Origin: Candidatus Margulisiibacteriota bacterium
Lineage (GTDB): Bacteria; Margulisbacteria; Marinamargulisbacteria; JBFWNS01
Direction of reading: 5' to 3'
NCBI GenBank assembly: GCA_050250935.1
Contig: JBFWNS010000006.1
Coordinates: 64,001 to 128,000 of the forward strand
DNA length: 64,000 nt
Shown: piece after piece, positions 10,825 to 23,065 of the stretch
Numbering within the stretch: the first letter of the stretch is position 1
Layout: the number at the start of each line of letters is the position of its first letter
Made by a program: the position numbers and the translations under genes
Notes under the pieces: model-generated
Told to the model about the DNA's origin: nothing
Database searches by the model: none
The model's input: the letters and a program-made list of their open reading frames with translations, nothing else

Positions 10825-11493
10825 ATGACAGACCCAATTTCTCCCCTATCTGGGAATATTTTTCCCAAATGGGCCAACCGAGTTCCCGGCTTTATAATGT
10901 GGGGAGCCCTCCTCTTCCTGTGTTTTATTATCTTCGTTTTTTGGTACTGGTTTTCTCCTAAAAATACCGATGTTGGGTATGCACCTCGTCAGCCGATTCC
11001 TTACAGCCACAAGCTACACGTTGGCGAATTGGGAATGGATTGCCGGTATTGCCATTACACCATCGAAAAATCGGGTGCAGCTGCAATTCCTCCTACCGAA
11101 GTGTGTATGAACTGCCACAATGTGGTTAAAAAAGACAATCCCGAAATCATGAAAATTCGCGATAGTTTCGCCACCGGTAAGCCCATTGAATGGGTTAAGG
11201 TTCATCGGTTGCCCGACTATGTTTATTTCAACCATAGCCGTCACGTGAATTCTGGTATTTCTTGTTATTCTTGCCACGGTCGCATCGACAAAATGGAAGT
11301 GGTTCACCAAGTTCAGCCTTTAAGCATGTCCTGGTGTTTGGATTGTCACCGTAACCCCGAAAAAAATCTGCGTCCAAAAGAGTTTGTTACCCAGTTGGAT
11401 TGGAAAGCTGAAGATCAAGAAAAACTAGGTCTTGAGTTGAAGAAAAAATATCATATTAATCCAGGTGAGGATTGCAGCGTATGTCACAGATAA
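10825..11493 (+). CDS. actA: Alternative complex III pentaheme cytochrome c subunit
   Basis: N-terminal TM helix, QPIPYSHKLH, five CxxCH motifs. Confidence 0.92.
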   Translation: MTDPISPLSGNIFPKWANRVPGFIMWGALLFLCFIIFVFWYWFSPKNTDVGYAPRQPIPYSHKLHVGELGMDCRYCHYTIEKSGAAAIPPTEVCMNCHNVVKKDNPEIMKIRDSFATGKPIEWVKVHRLPDYVYFNHSRHVNSGISCYSCHGRIDKMEVVHQVQPLSMSWCLDCHRNPEKNLRPKEFVTQLDWKAEDQEKLGLELKKKYHINPGEDCSVCHR

Positions 11494-11513
11494 ACTCGGG
11501 AGAAGGTAAAGGC

Positions 11514-14500
11514 ATGGATAAACAGTATTGGCGAAGTTTGGGTCAGCTCGACAAAACCCCCGAGTTTCAGCAGCACGTGGACAGAGAGTTTCCTGAAAAC
11601 GCCTCTGTTTTAGAGGATAAAATTTCTAGACGAACCTTTGTTAAGCTGATGACGGCCTCTGCGGCACTGGCAGGGATGACGGGATGCTCGATTCGACGTC
11701 CGGTTCAAAAGGTTCATCCTTATGTAAAGTCCCCCGAAAATCTAATTCCAGGTAAACCCAATTTTTATGCTTCGGCCTTCCAGTTGGGAGATGATGTGTT
11801 GGGGGTTTTGGTTGAAAGTCATGAAGGGCGTCCAACCAAGCTGGAAGGGAACCCTGAGCATTCTCAAAGTTTGGGAGCTGCTTCGGTTTTTGCCCAAGCC
11901 TCGGTCTTGAATTTATATGACCCTGATCGAATTAAAGAGCCCAAATTTAAAGGTGAGATCTTAACCCGTAGTCAAGTGGTGTCTCATTTGCAAAGCGAAG
12001 TGGCTCAAGCCGGTGGCGAAGGGGTTTACATTTTATCTGAAACCCAGGTTTCGCCAACCACACACCGCCTTTTAAAAGAGGTTCAAGCCGCACTGCCTCA
12101 GGTTACGGTGTTGCGTTACGATGCCGTTAATCGCGACGAGCAAATCGAAGCGACGAAGGCCGTCTATGGTAGCCCTGTGGTTCCCCTAACCGATTTTGAA
12201 AAAGCTTCTGTTGTGGTGTCTTTTGGTTCGGACTTCTTGGGCGTAGAGCCTCAAGCAGTGGTAAATACAAAAGGATTTTCAAAACGGCGTGATCCCGAGC
12301 ATCCCAAAGGCATGAACCGGTTTTATGCATTTGAGAGTCGGTTTACAGCTACGGGTGCCAGGGCCGATCACCGCATTCCTGTGAAGCCTTCGGAAATCGA
12401 GGCTGCATTGTGGGTGGTTGCCGATGCGCTGTTTGCTGCCGGATTGTCGGCTTCAGATGCGTTGAAATCTGAAGTTAAACAAGCGTTGTCTACGCGAAAA
12501 GTAACCATTGAAAAAGCCTACATTCAGGCCATTGTGGACGATGTTTTGTCCAACCGTGGCGCCTCTGCTTTTGTGGTTGGTATGACCCAATCTCGCGCTG
12601 CCCATGCTTTGGCTGCCGTTTTGAACGATTTGCTCAATAGCCCTGTGGTTCATCATGCCCTTCCTTTTGGGTCTTCTGCCCTGTACCGCCAAACTGGGTT
12701 AACCGCTTTAAAACAACTCAGCGATGCTCTGGAAGCGGGTGCCGTTCGGGCTTTGTTGGTTTTGGGCGGTAATCCTGTGTATGCGGCCCCAGCGGATATT
12801 CCGTTGAATTTGAAAAAAGCAGGGTTGGTTGCCCAATTGTCTCAAGACAACAACGAGACCTTGGCCCACGCTCAGCTTATCATTCCCGAATCTCATTACT
12901 TGGAATCTTGGTCCGATGTACAAGCGGTTGATGGATCTGTTTCTATTGTTCAGCCTTTGATTAGCCCCATGTACCACAGCTTTACGGCTGCCGAAGTGTT
13001 GGCCGCTTTGGCTGGAAAAGAAAAAACCGATTTTGAATTGGTCAAAGAGACTTGGTCTTCTACTTCCGAAAAAACCTGGAAGTCTTGGTTGCATTCCGGT
13101 GTGGCTGTGCCTGCCCAATCTGGTGGGTCTTTGTCGGGGTCTCAATCTGCCGCCGCAACGTTGATTCGCGCGAGTAAAGCTAAAAAAACCAAGCCTGGTT
13201 TTGAACTTGGATTTGATGTTTCGCCTTCCCTTTACGATGGTCGTTTTGCCAACAATGGGTGGTTGCAAGAGTTGCCTGAACCCATTTCAAAACTCACTTG
13301 GGATAATGCGTTGTTTATCAACCCTGTTGAAGCCAAGGCCCAAGGGGTTAAGACTGGCGATCAAGTGGTTGTTAAGCTTAATCAGCAAGCCCTTACCCTT
13401 CCTGTCATGGAAATTCCTGGCCAAGCCATGGGATCTGCTTCTGTCTTTTTGGGTTATGGCCGCAAAGTTGTGGGCCGTGTTGGGGGTAAATCGGGTTTTG
13501 ATGTTCGCCCTTTAAGACAGTCTGCTTCTCCTTATGTGTCTACTGTTACCCTTCAAAAAACCGATGGCCATTACAAATTGGCCAGCACCCAAGAACATTG
13601 GAGTTTAGAAGGTCGACCAGCCTATCGCGAGGCCACGGTTTCCGAATACAAGGCCGATCCCGAGTTCGCCAAAGAAATGGTGGAACATCCGCCATTGGTA
13701 TCGTCTTGGAAAGAAAAACAATACGATACGGGCTATCAATGGGGCATGAGCATCGACCTGGGTAAATGTACCGGTTGTAATGCGTGTATCACCGCTTGTC
13801 AGGCCGAAAACAACATCCCCATCGTGGGTAAAAAAGAAGTGCTGAATGGCCGAGAAATGCATTGGATTCGTATCGATCGCTATTTTTCTGGCAGAGAAGA
13901 AGCCCCTCGCATTGTTCATCAACCTGTGAACTGCCTGCAATGCGAAATGGCCCCTTGCGAGCAAGTTTGTCCTGTTGCGGCGACCACGCACAGCAAAGAA
14001 GGCCTGAACGATATGACGTACAACCGTTGTATTGGAACCAAATATTGTGCCAACAACTGTCCCGTAAAAGTTCGCCGGTTTAATTTTTTTGACTATCATC
14101 AAAGCAACCCTCAATCGGTTCCCAAAGAACGCAAACATTTCTTCGACTACATGCGCGAATCCGACAAAACGGTTCAAATGCAGTTTAATCCCGATGTTAC
14201 CGTTCGGATGCGGGGGATTATGGAAAAATGTACTTACTGTGTTCAACGCATTAACGAAGGTAAGATTCGAGCTGCCAACGACAATCGCACTGTCGTCGAT
14301 GGCGAAATTATTACGGCCTGCGAACAAACCTGTCCTTCCGATGCGATCGTTTTTGGAAACATTTTGGATGCTGATAGCCGCATTGCTAAGCTCCGGGCCA
14401 AAGACCGTCGCTACGATTTGTTGGCAGAATTGAATTTGAGACCCAGAACAACCTTCTTGGCCGCGATTCGTAATCCACACCCCAAATTGGTTTATCTTGA

Positions 14501-14516
14501 GAAGGAGAGGGCATAA
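11514..14516 (+). CDS. actB: Alternative complex III molybdopterin-like/Fe-S subunit
   Basis: YWRSL, twin-arginine SRRTFVK then lipobox [16 protein letters not shown]-terminal Fe-S Cys clusters (CTGCNAC, CLQC, CIGTKYC, KCTYC). Alternative start 11481. Confidence 0.92.
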   Translation: MDKQYWRSLGQLDKTPEFQQHVDREFPENASVLEDKISRRTFVKLMTASAALAGMTGCSIRRPVQKVHPYVKSPENLIPGKPNFYASAFQLGDDVLGVLVESHEGRPTKLEGNPEHSQSLGAASVFAQASVLNLYDPDRIKEPKFKGEILTRSQVVSHLQSEVAQAGGEGVYILSETQVSPTTHRLLKEVQAALPQVTVLRYDAVNRDEQIEATKAVYGSPVVPLTDFEKASVVVSFGSDFLGVEPQAVVNTKGFSKRRDPEHPKGMNRFYAFESRFTATGARADHRIPVKPSEIEAALWVVADALFAAGLSASDALKSEVKQALSTRKVTIEKAYIQAIVDDVLSNRGASAFVVGMTQSRAAHALAAVLNDLLNSPVVHHALPFGSSALYRQTGLTALKQLSDALEAGAVRALLVLGGNPVYAAPADIPLNLKKAGLVAQLSQDNNETLAHAQLIIPESHYLESWSDVQAVDGSVSIVQPLISPMYHSFTAAEVLAALAGKEKTDFELVKETWSSTSEKTWKSWLHSGVAVPAQSGGSLSGSQSAAATLIRASKAKKTKPGFELGFDVSPSLYDGRFANNGWLQELPEPISKLTWDNALFINPVEAKAQGVKTGDQVVVKLNQQALTLPVMEIPGQAMGSASVFLGYGRKVVGRVGGKSGFDVRPLRQSASPYVSTVTLQKTDGHYKLASTQEHWSLEGRPAYREATVSEYKADPEFAKEMVEHPPLVSSWKEKQYDTGYQWGMSIDLGKCTGCNACITACQAENNIPIVGKKEVLNGREMHWIRIDRYFSGREEAPRIVHQPVNCLQCEMAPCEQVCPVAATTHSKEGLNDMTYNRCIGTKYCANNCPVKVRRFNFFDYHQSNPQSVPKERKHFFDYMRESDKTVQMQFNPDVTVRMRGIMEKCTYCVQRINEGKIRAANDNRTVVDGEIITACEQTCPSDAIVFGNILDADSRIAKLRAKDRRYDLLAELNLRPRTTFLAAIRNPHPKLVYLEKERA

Positions 14517-14518
14517 CA

Positions 14519-15898
14519 ATGAGTCATACGGTGCAGGCCAACCCTGTTGCACGAACCCCGCTGGTCACCGGTGGTCTAAATTTCGAGGAAATCTCCAATG
14601 TGGTTTCGGCTCCTGTTGAAACCAAGGCCCCAACCTGGTGGATGATTGCGTTTGCAGGATCCGTTTCTTTGTTGCTGCTTCTGTTTGCCATGTTGAGCTA
14701 CTTGGTGTGGAGCGGTATCGGCATTTGGGGATTAAATAACCCCATTTTTTGGGGATGGGATATTGTTAACTTTGTATTTTGGGTTGGTATTGGTCACGCT
14801 GGAACGTTGATTTCTGCCATTCTTTTCTTGTTCCGTCAAAAATGGAGAACCTCGATTAACCGTTTTGCCGAGGCCATGACGATTTTTGCGGTTATGTGCG
14901 CGGCCGTGTTTGTGGGTTTCCACGTAGGGCGGGTTTGGGTTGCGTACTATTTATTTCCTATTCCCAACCAAATGGCCATCTGGCCCAATTTTAGAAGCCC
15001 ATTGTTGTGGGACGTGTTTGCGGTTAGTACCTATTTTACGGTGTCCTTGATGTTCTGGTATGTGGGGTTGGTTCCCGATTTGGCTACCCTCCGAGATCGG
15101 GCCAAAACCAAGGTTCGCCGCTTGACCTTCGGCTTGTTTGCTTTGGGTTGGCGTGGTGCCAACCGCCATTGGCAAAACTATGAGCGCTCCTATCTGATTC
15201 TAGCTGCTCTTTCTACGCCACTGGTATTGTCTGTACACTCGATTGTAAGTTTCGACTTTGCTGTTTCCTTGATTCCAGGTTGGCACACCACCATCTTCCC
15301 GCCTTACTTTGTGGCTGGGGCTATTTTTTCGGGTTTCGCGATGGTGGTAACCCTGATGGTAATAGCCCGCGAGCTGTTTGGTATGAAAGATTTGATGACC
15401 ATGCACCATCTGGAATGTATGAATAAGATTATTTTGGTAACCGGTACCATGGTGGGCTATGCCTATGGCATGGAGTTTTTTATGGCCTGGTATTCCGGGA
15501 ACACCTACGAAGCTTTTGCGTTTGTTAACCGGGCTTTTGGTCCCTATGCTTGGGCCTATTGGACCATGATTTCTTGTAACGTTATTACGCCCCAGTTGTT
15601 CTGGTTTAAAAAAATCAGAACCAGCATTCCCATCATGTTTATCATGTCTATTTTTGTAAATATTGGGATGTGGTTTGAACGGTTTGTGATCACCGTTACA
15701 TCGCTTCACCGCGACTTCTTGCCCTCCAGCTGGTTTTATTACAGACCTACCTGGGTTGAGATCTGCCAATTTATCGGAAGTTTCGGGTTGTTTTTAACGA
15801 TGTTTTTGTTGTTCCTGAAATATTTGCCGATGGTTGCAATTTCAGAGGTGAAAGGCGTTTTGCCTGAAGCCAATCCTCATCATGGAGACCACCACTAA
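14519..15898 (+). CDS. actC: Alternative complex III NrfD-family quinol-binding subunit
   Basis: [40 protein letters not shown]. Confidence 0.93.
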   Translation: MSHTVQANPVARTPLVTGGLNFEEISNVVSAPVETKAPTWWMIAFAGSVSLLLLLFAMLSYLVWSGIGIWGLNNPIFWGWDIVNFVFWVGIGHAGTLISAILFLFRQKWRTSINRFAEAMTIFAVMCAAVFVGFHVGRVWVAYYLFPIPNQMAIWPNFRSPLLWDVFAVSTYFTVSLMFWYVGLVPDLATLRDRAKTKVRRLTFGLFALGWRGANRHWQNYERSYLILAALSTPLVLSVHSIVSFDFAVSLIPGWHTTIFPPYFVAGAIFSGFAMVVTLMVIARELFGMKDLMTMHHLECMNKIILVTGTMVGYAYGMEFFMAWYSGNTYEAFAFVNRAFGPYAWAYWTMISCNVITPQLFWFKKIRTSIPIMFIMSIFVNIGMWFERFVITVTSLHRDFLPSSWFYYRPTWVEICQFIGSFGLFLTMFLLFLKYLPMVAISEVKGVLPEANPHHGDHH

Positions 15899-16431
15899 TG
15901 ACTCAGAAACCGTATGGTATGATGGCCCACTTCAAAGACCCCGGTGCTCTTTTGGAAGCCGCTAAAAAGTTGAAGGCAGCCGGGTATGTTAAGTTCGAAA
16001 CCTATAGCCCATTTCCCATCCATGGCATGGATGATGCGATGGGGCTTGGTCAATCCAAATTGGGATGGATCGTGGCCTGTGGGGGCGCTTTTGGATTGTT
16101 GTTTGCCATTACCCTTCAAACTTGGGTGTCTGTGGCAGCGTATAAAATTACGGTTAGCGGCAAGCCCTTGTTTAGCTTTCAGGCTTTTGTGCCGGTTTGT
16201 TTCGAGCTGATGGTCTTGTTTTCTGGTTTTTCGGCTGTTTTTGGAATGTTTATCTTGAATAAACTCCCTCAGTTTTACCATTCTGTTTTTAACTACAAAC
16301 ATTTTTCTTCTGTTTCTTCCCATGGTTTTGTGGTTGGCATCGAAGCCGATGATCTACAATTCCATACCGAACAAACCGCGGCCTTCTTGGCCGAAATTGG
16401 AGGCAGCCAAATCGAGCTGGTACAGGCATGA
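15898..16431 (+). CDS. actD: Alternative complex III subunit D (DUF3341)
   Basis: YSPFPIHG, GKPLFS, FELMVLF; operon position. Confidence 0.9.
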   Translation: MTQKPYGMMAHFKDPGALLEAAKKLKAAGYVKFETYSPFPIHGMDDAMGLGQSKLGWIVACGGAFGLLFAITLQTWVSVAAYKITVSGKPLFSFQAFVPVCFELMVLFSGFSAVFGMFILNKLPQFYHSVFNYKHFSSVSSHGFVVGIEADDLQFHTEQTAAFLAEIGGSQIELVQA

Positions 16432-17048
16432 TGAAACGTTTTTCACTGGTTCTTTCGTTGTTGGTTTTGGTTGTTTTAACCGGTTGTGGTCGAGGGTATA
16501 GAACCGAAAATACCCCTGTTCATTTAAACCCTAATTTGGATTGGCAAACCAAATTTAAGGCCCAAACCTTACCCCTAACACCACCTGACAATACGGTGGC
16601 TTGGGGCCAAGAAGCGGTTTATCCCAATAACCCAACCCGAGCAAAGTTTTTAAAAGCCGATGTCGCCTTTTATGAAGGTAAAACCGATACAGGCGCCTTG
16701 GTTGCTCGAATTCCGGTTAAAGTAACCGAAGACCTGCTGAACCGTGGTCAAGAGCGGTTTAATATCTATTGTGCGATGTGTCATGACCGGGCAGGAACTG
16801 GAAAAGGCCCTGTTATTTCTCGGGGTTTGGTTCCACCACCTGATTTTGCCGATCCACGACTTTTGGCTGAACCGGATGGGTACTTTTTCAATGTCATTAC
16901 CCATGGGGTTCGCACCATGCCGTCTTATGCCAAGCAAGTTCCCGAAGAAGACCGCTGGGCCATTGTGGCCTATGTTCGGGCGCTTCAAAAATCCCGAACG
17001 GCGTCAATTTCTGAAATTCCTGAACGCCTTAAACAAGATCTGAAGTAA
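16428..17048 (+). CDS. actE: Alternative complex III monoheme cytochrome c lipoprotein
   Basis: Lipobox LTGC, RGQERFNIYCAMCH, MPSYA, DRWAIVAYVRALQ. Confidence 0.9.
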   Translation: MMKRFSLVLSLLVLVVLTGCGRGYRTENTPVHLNPNLDWQTKFKAQTLPLTPPDNTVAWGQEAVYPNNPTRAKFLKADVAFYEGKTDTGALVARIPVKVTEDLLNRGQERFNIYCAMCHDRAGTGKGPVISRGLVPPPDFADPRLLAEPDGYFFNVITHGVRTMPSYAKQVPEEDRWAIVAYVRALQKSRTASISEIPERLKQDLK

Positions 17049-17070
17049 ACAAGTAGAACTGGAGTCAACA

Positions 17071-18246
17071 ATGGAACAGCATAAATTAACAGGGTTTTTG
17101 ACGACGACATTGCCACGGATTAGTGGTGGTGTTGGGCTATTGGGTCTTGCCGCTTCTTTTTTCTTTTACACCAAAGATGCCCATCATTTCTTTTATTCCT
17201 ATTTGATGGCTTTTACTTTCTTTTTGACTTTGACGTTGGGATCGCTCTTTTTTGTTCTGATTCAGTTTTTGGTTAGAGCGGGTTGGAGTGTGGTACTTCG
17301 TCGTCTACCCGAAGTGGTCATGAAAAACTTCTGGATTATGGCAATTTTCTTTATTCCTATTTTGTTTGGTGCTCACGATTTATATCATTGGATGGACAAA
17401 GAAGTTGTTGCCGCCGATAAACTTTTGCAGTGGAAGTCTGGATATCTGAATTTAAAATTCTTTTTGATCCGTGCTGCTATTTTCTTTGGTATTTGGATTT
17501 GGTTGTCTTCGGTCTTTTTTAAAGGATCTGTTGGACAAGATACTTCTGGGGATCCTGCTGTTACTCTTAAACTCCAAAAATATTCGACTTTCGGTGTTTT
17601 GTTGTTTGCTTTGTCTTTAACCTTTGCTGGGGTGGATTGGGTCATGTCATTAACTCCTCATTGGTATTCCACCATGTTTGGGGTGTATTTTTTTGCAGGG
17701 TCTATGGTCTCCTCTTTATGCTTAATTAGCATTATGGCTTTGATTTTAAGGGCCAAAGGCTTTTTGAAAGATGTCATTACGGTGGAGCATTACCACGATT
17801 TGGGTAAGTTGATTTTTGGATTTAATATTTTTTGGACCTACATTGCGTTTGGCCAATACTTCTTGATCTGGTATGCGAATGTTCCTGAAGAAACCGAGTT
17901 TTTTATGCATCATTTTGCAGGGTCTTGGAACAGTGTGGGGATTTTGTTGGCCGTGGGTCACTTTGCAATCCCCTTGATTCTGTTTATGTCTCGTTACGCC
18001 AAACGAAATTTGGTGGTTCATTTTATGATGGCTTGTTGGATTGTGCTGATGCAATTGGTAGACGTGTATTGGTTGATTATGCCCAATGCCTATCCGACTG
18101 GTGTTCATATTACCGCCATGGATATTGCTGCTTTATTGGGTATTGGCGGTATTTTTGTTGCTTTTGTGTTTCATCGTTTGGGTCGTGTGGCGTTGTATCC
18201 GGTTCGGGACCCCCGTTTGGCCGAATCCAGACAGTTAACCAACTAG
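17071..18246 (+). CDS. actF: Alternative complex III membrane subunit F
   Basis: About 10 TM helices, DWVMSL, HWYSTMFG, HDLGKL, WYANVPEE. Confidence 0.9.
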   Translation: MEQHKLTGFLTTTLPRISGGVGLLGLAASFFFYTKDAHHFFYSYLMAFTFFLTLTLGSLFFVLIQFLVRAGWSVVLRRLPEVVMKNFWIMAIFFIPILFGAHDLYHWMDKEVVAADKLLQWKSGYLNLKFFLIRAAIFFGIWIWLSSVFFKGSVGQDTSGDPAVTLKLQKYSTFGVLLFALSLTFAGVDWVMSLTPHWYSTMFGVYFFAGSMVSSLCLISIMALILRAKGFLKDVITVEHYHDLGKLIFGFNIFWTYIAFGQYFLIWYANVPEETEFFMHHFAGSWNSVGILLAVGHFAIPLILFMSRYAKRNLVVHFMMACWIVLMQLVDVYWLIMPNAYPTGVHITAMDIAALLGIGGIFVAFVFHRLGRVALYPVRDPRLAESRQLTN

Positions 18247-18256
18247 GAGTTTTTTT

Positions 18257-18571
18257 ATGTCTCATGCGTCTGTGATTACTCACGATCAATCGGAACCCCG
18301 TGGCAAAGCCATTGCGGTTGCCATTTTGTTGACGGTTCTGTTTTTGGTGGGTGTGATTGTGTTTAGCATCTATTTGTTTAAAGCCACATTGTCCACGGAA
18401 ATGAATGGCAAAGAAAACGAAGGCATGTCTGCCGATCTTCAACGTGTTCGGCTTTATGAGCAAGAACAATTGTCTAAAACAGCTTGGGTGGATCAAAAGC
18501 AAGGGATTGTTCATATTCCTATCGACGATGCGAAGCAGTTGGTGGTTCGTCACTACAGTCAACACAACTAA
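18257..18571 (+). CDS. Small single-TM protein, probable ActG-like subunit
   Basis: One TM helix and WVD...VHIPIDDA motif; lies between actF and SCO. Confidence 0.65.
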   Translation: MSHASVITHDQSEPRGKAIAVAILLTVLFLVGVIVFSIYLFKATLSTEMNGKENEGMSADLQRVRLYEQEQLSKTAWVDQKQGIVHIPIDDAKQLVVRHYSQHN

Positions 18572-19371
18572 TGGGACGACTACGCACTGTTGTTTGCAGT
18601 GTCGTATTGTGTCTTTTGTTGGGACTTCCTGTGGTGGCCAAAGAACCCCTTCCCAAGGATTTGGTTCAGGTTGGGGTTTCCGAAAATTTGGGGGCACAAC
18701 TGCCGCTTCAAACCGAGGTTATAACCCAGGCAGGTAAAACGGTTCAATTTAAATCGCTTTTGCCTAAAAACAAACCCGTTTTGTTTTGTTTTGCCTATTA
18801 CCGTTGCCCCATGCTCTGCAACCTTCTCTTAACGGGTGTTGCCGATGCCATCAAAGAAACCCCGCTTAAACTGGGTACAGACTATGATGTGGTGACCCTA
18901 AGCATTGATCCTACAGATACCCCAGAGTCTGCGGCTGCTTTTAGAGATCGCTATATTTCAACACTGGGTAAAACGGCCAATGGAAAGCATTGGACTTTCT
19001 TGGTTGCCCAAGAACCGGCTATTACCGCTTTGGCAAAAGCGGCTGGATTTAACTATAAATTCAACCCCGATACCAATGAATATGCCCACAGCGCTGTCAT
19101 CTTGATGTTAACCCCAGAAGGCAAGGTTTCCCGGTACTTATATGGCATTCAATTTAAACCCTTCGACGTTAAAATGGGCCTCTTGGAAGCCAAGGATAAA
19201 AAGCTGGTTTCTACCGTAGAAAGAGTGCTGTTGTTTTGTTATAATTACGACCACGCTTCGAGAGGATACGTCCTACAAGCCATGAATGTTATGAAGTTGG
19301 GCGGGTTGGTCACCATTTTGGCCCTCCTTACTTTTATAATTGTTCTTCTTCGCAAAGAAAAATCCAAATAG
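18571..19371 (+). CDS. SCO/SenC-family copper chaperone
   Basis: Signal peptide from ATG 18571, YYRCPMLC (CxxxC), YAHSA His, C-terminal TM. Confidence 0.9.
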   Translation: MGRLRTVVCSVVLCLLLGLPVVAKEPLPKDLVQVGVSENLGAQLPLQTEVITQAGKTVQFKSLLPKNKPVLFCFAYYRCPMLCNLLLTGVADAIKETPLKLGTDYDVVTLSIDPTDTPESAAAFRDRYISTLGKTANGKHWTFLVAQEPAITALAKAAGFNYKFNPDTNEYAHSAVILMLTPEGKVSRYLYGIQFKPFDVKMGLLEAKDKKLVSTVERVLLFCYNYDHASRGYVLQAMNVMKLGGLVTILALLTFIIVLLRKEKSK

Positions 19372-19400
19372 ATATCACAAGTTAGGAGTTAGGAATCTCA

Positions 19401-20372
19401 ATGGTTACCACTGGCAATGAAAGTTTGATGCATACCGGAACAATTTGGTTCCCAGAGGCGGGATCTGCGTTGGCGGGTCAAACCGATCTTTTGTTTTACA
19501 CGATTTTTGTTGCTTCTGTTCTTTTCTTTTTGGTCTTGATTGGGATTACCGCTTTTTTCTTGGTTAAATATAAGCGCAGTGGCAAGCACACGGCTGCTCT
19601 TAAACAAATCACTCACAACGATAAATTAGAAATTATTTGGTCTGTTATTCCTTTGATTGTTGTGATGGGTATTTTCTATTGGGGGTACATGGAGTACTTG
19701 AAATTGATTGTCCCACCAGCCAATACTGTGGATATCCATGTTACAGGTAAAAAATGGATGTGGCAGTTTGAATATCCCCAAGGCAAGCAAACCTTAACGG
19801 ACTTGGTTGTACCTGTGAATCAACCCATTAAACTGATTATGTCCTCTGAAGATGTTTTGCACAGTTTCTATTTGCCCAATTTTCGGGTTAAAAAAGACGT
19901 AATTCCGAATCGATACACGGTTTTGTGGTTCAGCCCAGAGCGTGTTGGTAATTTTCAGATTTTTTGTACCGAATATTGTGGCGATGGTCACTCCCAAATG
20001 CTGGGTAATCTGAAAGTCGTTAGTGCCGAAGACTATCAAAAATTCTTGACCGAAGAAGAAGGCAAAGATATTCCCGACGACCAATTGGATAAATTGGGCG
20101 CTAAATTGTATGTTTCAAAAGGCTGTGTGGCTTGTCACTCTTTGGATGGAAAGCCTGGAGTAGGTCCCAGCTGGAAAGGGTTGTACGGATCCAAACGGAC
20201 CTTCTCTAATGCCCCTGCAGAAGTGGCCGACGACAACTACATCCGCGAGTCTGTGGTTAAGCCTGGTGCAAAGGTTGTGACCGGCTTTGGTCCTGTTATG
20301 CCCACGTTCTCGGGTTTGTTGAGCGACCGAGAGATCACCGGTATAATCGCATATATTAAAACCATCAAATAA
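19401..20372 (+). CDS. coxB: Cytochrome c oxidase subunit II with fused cytochrome c (caa3 type)
   Basis: LEIIWS, DVLHSF, Cu[14 protein letters not shown]-terminal CVACH. Confidence 0.95.
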   Translation: MVTTGNESLMHTGTIWFPEAGSALAGQTDLLFYTIFVASVLFFLVLIGITAFFLVKYKRSGKHTAALKQITHNDKLEIIWSVIPLIVVMGIFYWGYMEYLKLIVPPANTVDIHVTGKKWMWQFEYPQGKQTLTDLVVPVNQPIKLIMSSEDVLHSFYLPNFRVKKDVIPNRYTVLWFSPERVGNFQIFCTEYCGDGHSQMLGNLKVVSAEDYQKFLTEEEGKDIPDDQLDKLGAKLYVSKGCVACHSLDGKPGVGPSWKGLYGSKRTFSNAPAEVADDNYIRESVVKPGAKVVTGFGPVMPTFSGLLSDREITGIIAYIKTIK

Positions 20373-20392
20373 TTGGAAGAAAAGGAATTGTA

Positions 20393-21997
20393 ATGAGTAG
20401 TACGACACATTCAGGTGGTAATTACCTTAAACAACCCAAAGGGCTTTGGTCCTGGCTAACAACTGTCGATCATAAACGTATCGGCATAATGTATTTAATT
20501 GCGGTTGTGATTTCTTTTGCCATTGGTGGTTTTTTTGCCTTAAGTCTTCGGTTTGAATTGCTGACGCCGACCCGGTTGATTGTGGATGCAAAAACCTATA
20601 ACCAATTGTTTACCTTGCACGGCGCAGTTATGGTGTTTCTGTTTATTATTCCTTCGATTCCTGCCACTTTGGGCAACTTTTTATTGCCCCTTCAAATTGG
20701 CGCCAAAGATGTGGCGTTTCCTCGCTTAAACCTTGCCAGTTTTTATGTGTATCTGATTGGGGCGGCCTTTTGCTTGTATTCCATGATTGCCGGTGCCGCT
20801 GATACCGGTTGGACTTTTTATACCCCATACTCCATTCAAGCTTCGACCAGTGTGATTTCCATGACACTGGGTGCGTTTATTTTAGGCTTCTCTTCCATTT
20901 TTACGGGGCTTAATTTTATTGCCACCATTCACAAGATGCGGGTTAAAGGCATGGGCTGGTTCGATATGCCCTTGTTCTGCTGGGCCACCTACGCAACCGC
21001 TGTTATTCAAGTTTTGGCCACCCCAGTTTTGGGGATCACCTTGTTGTTGTTGGTGATTGAAAAAGCCTTTGGTGTTGGTATTTTTGATCCGACCATCGGT
21101 GGGGATCCCGTTTTATTCGAACATTTCTTTTGGTTCTACTCTCATCCTGCGGTATACATCATGATCTTGCCTGCGATGGGGATTATGAGCGAGGTTGTAA
21201 CGGCCTTTTGTAAGAAGCATATTTTTGGATACAAATTGATTGCTTACTCCAGTATCGCCATCGCCATTATTGGGTTTTTGGTTTGGGGTCATCATTTGTT
21301 TGTTGCTGGTCAGTCCGAGTTTGCAAATATGTTGTTTTCGCTTTTGACCTTCTTGGTGGCCATTCCTTCGGGGATCAAGGTCTTTAACTGGATCGCAACC
21401 ATGTATAAAGGGTGTATCGATTTAAAAGCACCGTTCTTGTACTTTTTGACCTTTTTGTTCTTGTTTTGTATTGGTGGTTTTACCGGCATTATCCTGGGTT
21501 GTTTGTCCTTGGATTTGAATTTGCATGATACGTACTTTGTTGTGGCTCACTTCCACTATGTCATGATGGGTGGAACGGTGATTGCCTTTATTGCGGGTCT
21601 TCATTACTGGTGGCCAAAAATGTTTGGCAAAATGTACAGCGAAGGCTGGGCCAGAGTGGCTTGGTTCTTCGTTTTTGTTGGGTTTAACATGACTTTCTTT
21701 ACCCAATTTATTTTGGGTGCGAAAGGGATGCCAAGACGCTATTACAGCTATTTGGATCAATTCCAACCCCTCCATGCGTTTTCAACAATGGGAACCTGGG
21801 TGTTGGGCTTTGGATTTATGATTATGGCGTTTTATTTGATTCAATCGTTGGTGGGTGGCAAAAAGGCCCCTGCGAATCCTTGGGGTGCCTTAACCCTGGA
21901 ATGGCAAACGGATTCTCCCCCTCCAACCGAGAATTTTTATGAAACCCCAGTGGTCACACATGGCCCCTATGATTTTGATAAGGTAGGACAGAAATGA
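20393..21997 (+). CDS. coxA: Cytochrome c oxidase subunit I, A2 family
   Basis: [16 protein letters not shown] (A2-type YS motif), VWGHH, VVAHFHY, GMPRRY. Confidence 0.97.
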   Translation: MSSTTHSGGNYLKQPKGLWSWLTTVDHKRIGIMYLIAVVISFAIGGFFALSLRFELLTPTRLIVDAKTYNQLFTLHGAVMVFLFIIPSIPATLGNFLLPLQIGAKDVAFPRLNLASFYVYLIGAAFCLYSMIAGAADTGWTFYTPYSIQASTSVISMTLGAFILGFSSIFTGLNFIATIHKMRVKGMGWFDMPLFCWATYATAVIQVLATPVLGITLLLLVIEKAFGVGIFDPTIGGDPVLFEHFFWFYSHPAVYIMILPAMGIMSEVVTAFCKKHIFGYKLIAYSSIAIAIIGFLVWGHHLFVAGQSEFANMLFSLLTFLVAIPSGIKVFNWIATMYKGCIDLKAPFLYFLTFLFLFCIGGFTGIILGCLSLDLNLHDTYFVVAHFHYVMMGGTVIAFIAGLHYWWPKMFGKMYSEGWARVAWFFVFVGFNMTFFTQFILGAKGMPRRYYSYLDQFQPLHAFSTMGTWVLGFGFMIMAFYLIQSLVGGKKAPANPWGALTLEWQTDSPPPTENFYETPVVTHGPYDFDKVGQK

Positions 21998-22641
21998 GCA
22001 GCCAAGGACAATTTATTGAGCACCACGTTGCTCACCACTTTGATACAGCCGAACAAGAATTCGAAACCGCAAAGCTAGGGATGTGGGTTTTCTTGGTAAC
22101 TGAAGTCCTCTTTTTTGGGGGATTGTTTGTGGCGTATGCGATTTTCCGTAACATGTACCCCGAAATGTTCTTGGAAGCCCATCACCAGCTCTCGTGGAAA
22201 TTGGGCGGTCTTAACACCCTCTTTTTGATTACCAGCAGTTTTACCATGGTTTTGGGGGTTCGCAACGCCCAATTGAGCCGATCCAAGCGCTCTATTTTCT
22301 ATCTTTTGGTGACCCTGTTGTTTGCCTGTGGGTTTATGTGTGTCAAATATATCGAATATGCGGCCAAGTTTCATCATGGCTATTTGCCTCCCCATTTCTT
22401 TCATGGGGAAGGACATTTTGCGACCATGCCCATCTTTTTTGGCTTGTATTTTATGATGACGGGGCTCCACGGGGTTCACGTTTTAATTGGGATTGGATTG
22501 ATTGCGTGGTTGATTATTCGGTCTTTACGCGGTGAATTTCATGCAGATTATTATACCCCAGTCGAAATGGTGGGGTTGTATTGGCATTTGGTGGATTTAA
22601 TTTGGATTTTCCTATTTCCACTACTATATCTTATCGGTTAG
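21994..22641 (+). CDS. coxC: Cytochrome c oxidase subunit III
   Basis: [23 protein letters not shown]. Confidence 0.95.
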   Translation: MSSQGQFIEHHVAHHFDTAEQEFETAKLGMWVFLVTEVLFFGGLFVAYAIFRNMYPEMFLEAHHQLSWKLGGLNTLFLITSSFTMVLGVRNAQLSRSKRSIFYLLVTLLFACGFMCVKYIEYAAKFHHGYLPPHFFHGEGHFATMPIFFGLYFMMTGLHGVHVLIGIGLIAWLIIRSLRGEFHADYYTPVEMVGLYWHLVDLIWIFLFPLLYLIG

Positions 22642-22650
22642 GGGTTCATT

Positions 22651-23043
22651 ATGAGTCAGCATCACGGACATTCACACCACTTTATTGTTCCCATTAAATA
22701 CTACATTTTTACCTTTGTTAGCCTTTTGGTTTTAACGGTTTTGACCGTTGTCATTGCTCAATTTAACTTTGGGGAATGGAATATTATCATTGCTTTGGCG
22801 GTTGCCATGCTAAAAGCTGCGATGGTGGCTATGTTTTTTATGGGTTTGCGTTGGGACAAAGGGTTTAACCGAATTGCTTTTTTAAGCAGCCTTATTTTCT
22901 TGGGGATTTTCTTGTTTTTTACTATGGCGGATATCAGCTTCAGAGGTGATATGGATCGTAGGCAGGAAGGCAATCGTGTTAGCAACAGCCCTGTAAAACT
23001 CATCAAGCCAGGTCAGCCCTTAAACGCCAACGAGCACGAATAA
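22651..23043 (+). CDS. coxD: Cytochrome c oxidase subunit IV
   Basis: Three TM helices, KAAMVAMFFMGL; follows coxC. Confidence 0.85.
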   Translation: MSQHHGHSHHFIVPIKYYIFTFVSLLVLTVLTVVIAQFNFGEWNIIIALAVAMLKAAMVAMFFMGLRWDKGFNRIAFLSSLIFLGIFLFFTMADISFRGDMDRRQEGNRVSNSPVKLIKPGQPLNANEHE

Positions 23044-23065
23044 CCCCGCTTATTCTGTTTTGGGA

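Noticed and set aside
13605..14552. 315-aa antisense ORF in actB and similar long shadow ORFs (e.g. 45483-46337, 55511-56248)
   Set aside because: They lie antisense to well-conserved genes and have no motifs or initiation signals; codon-bias shadows.
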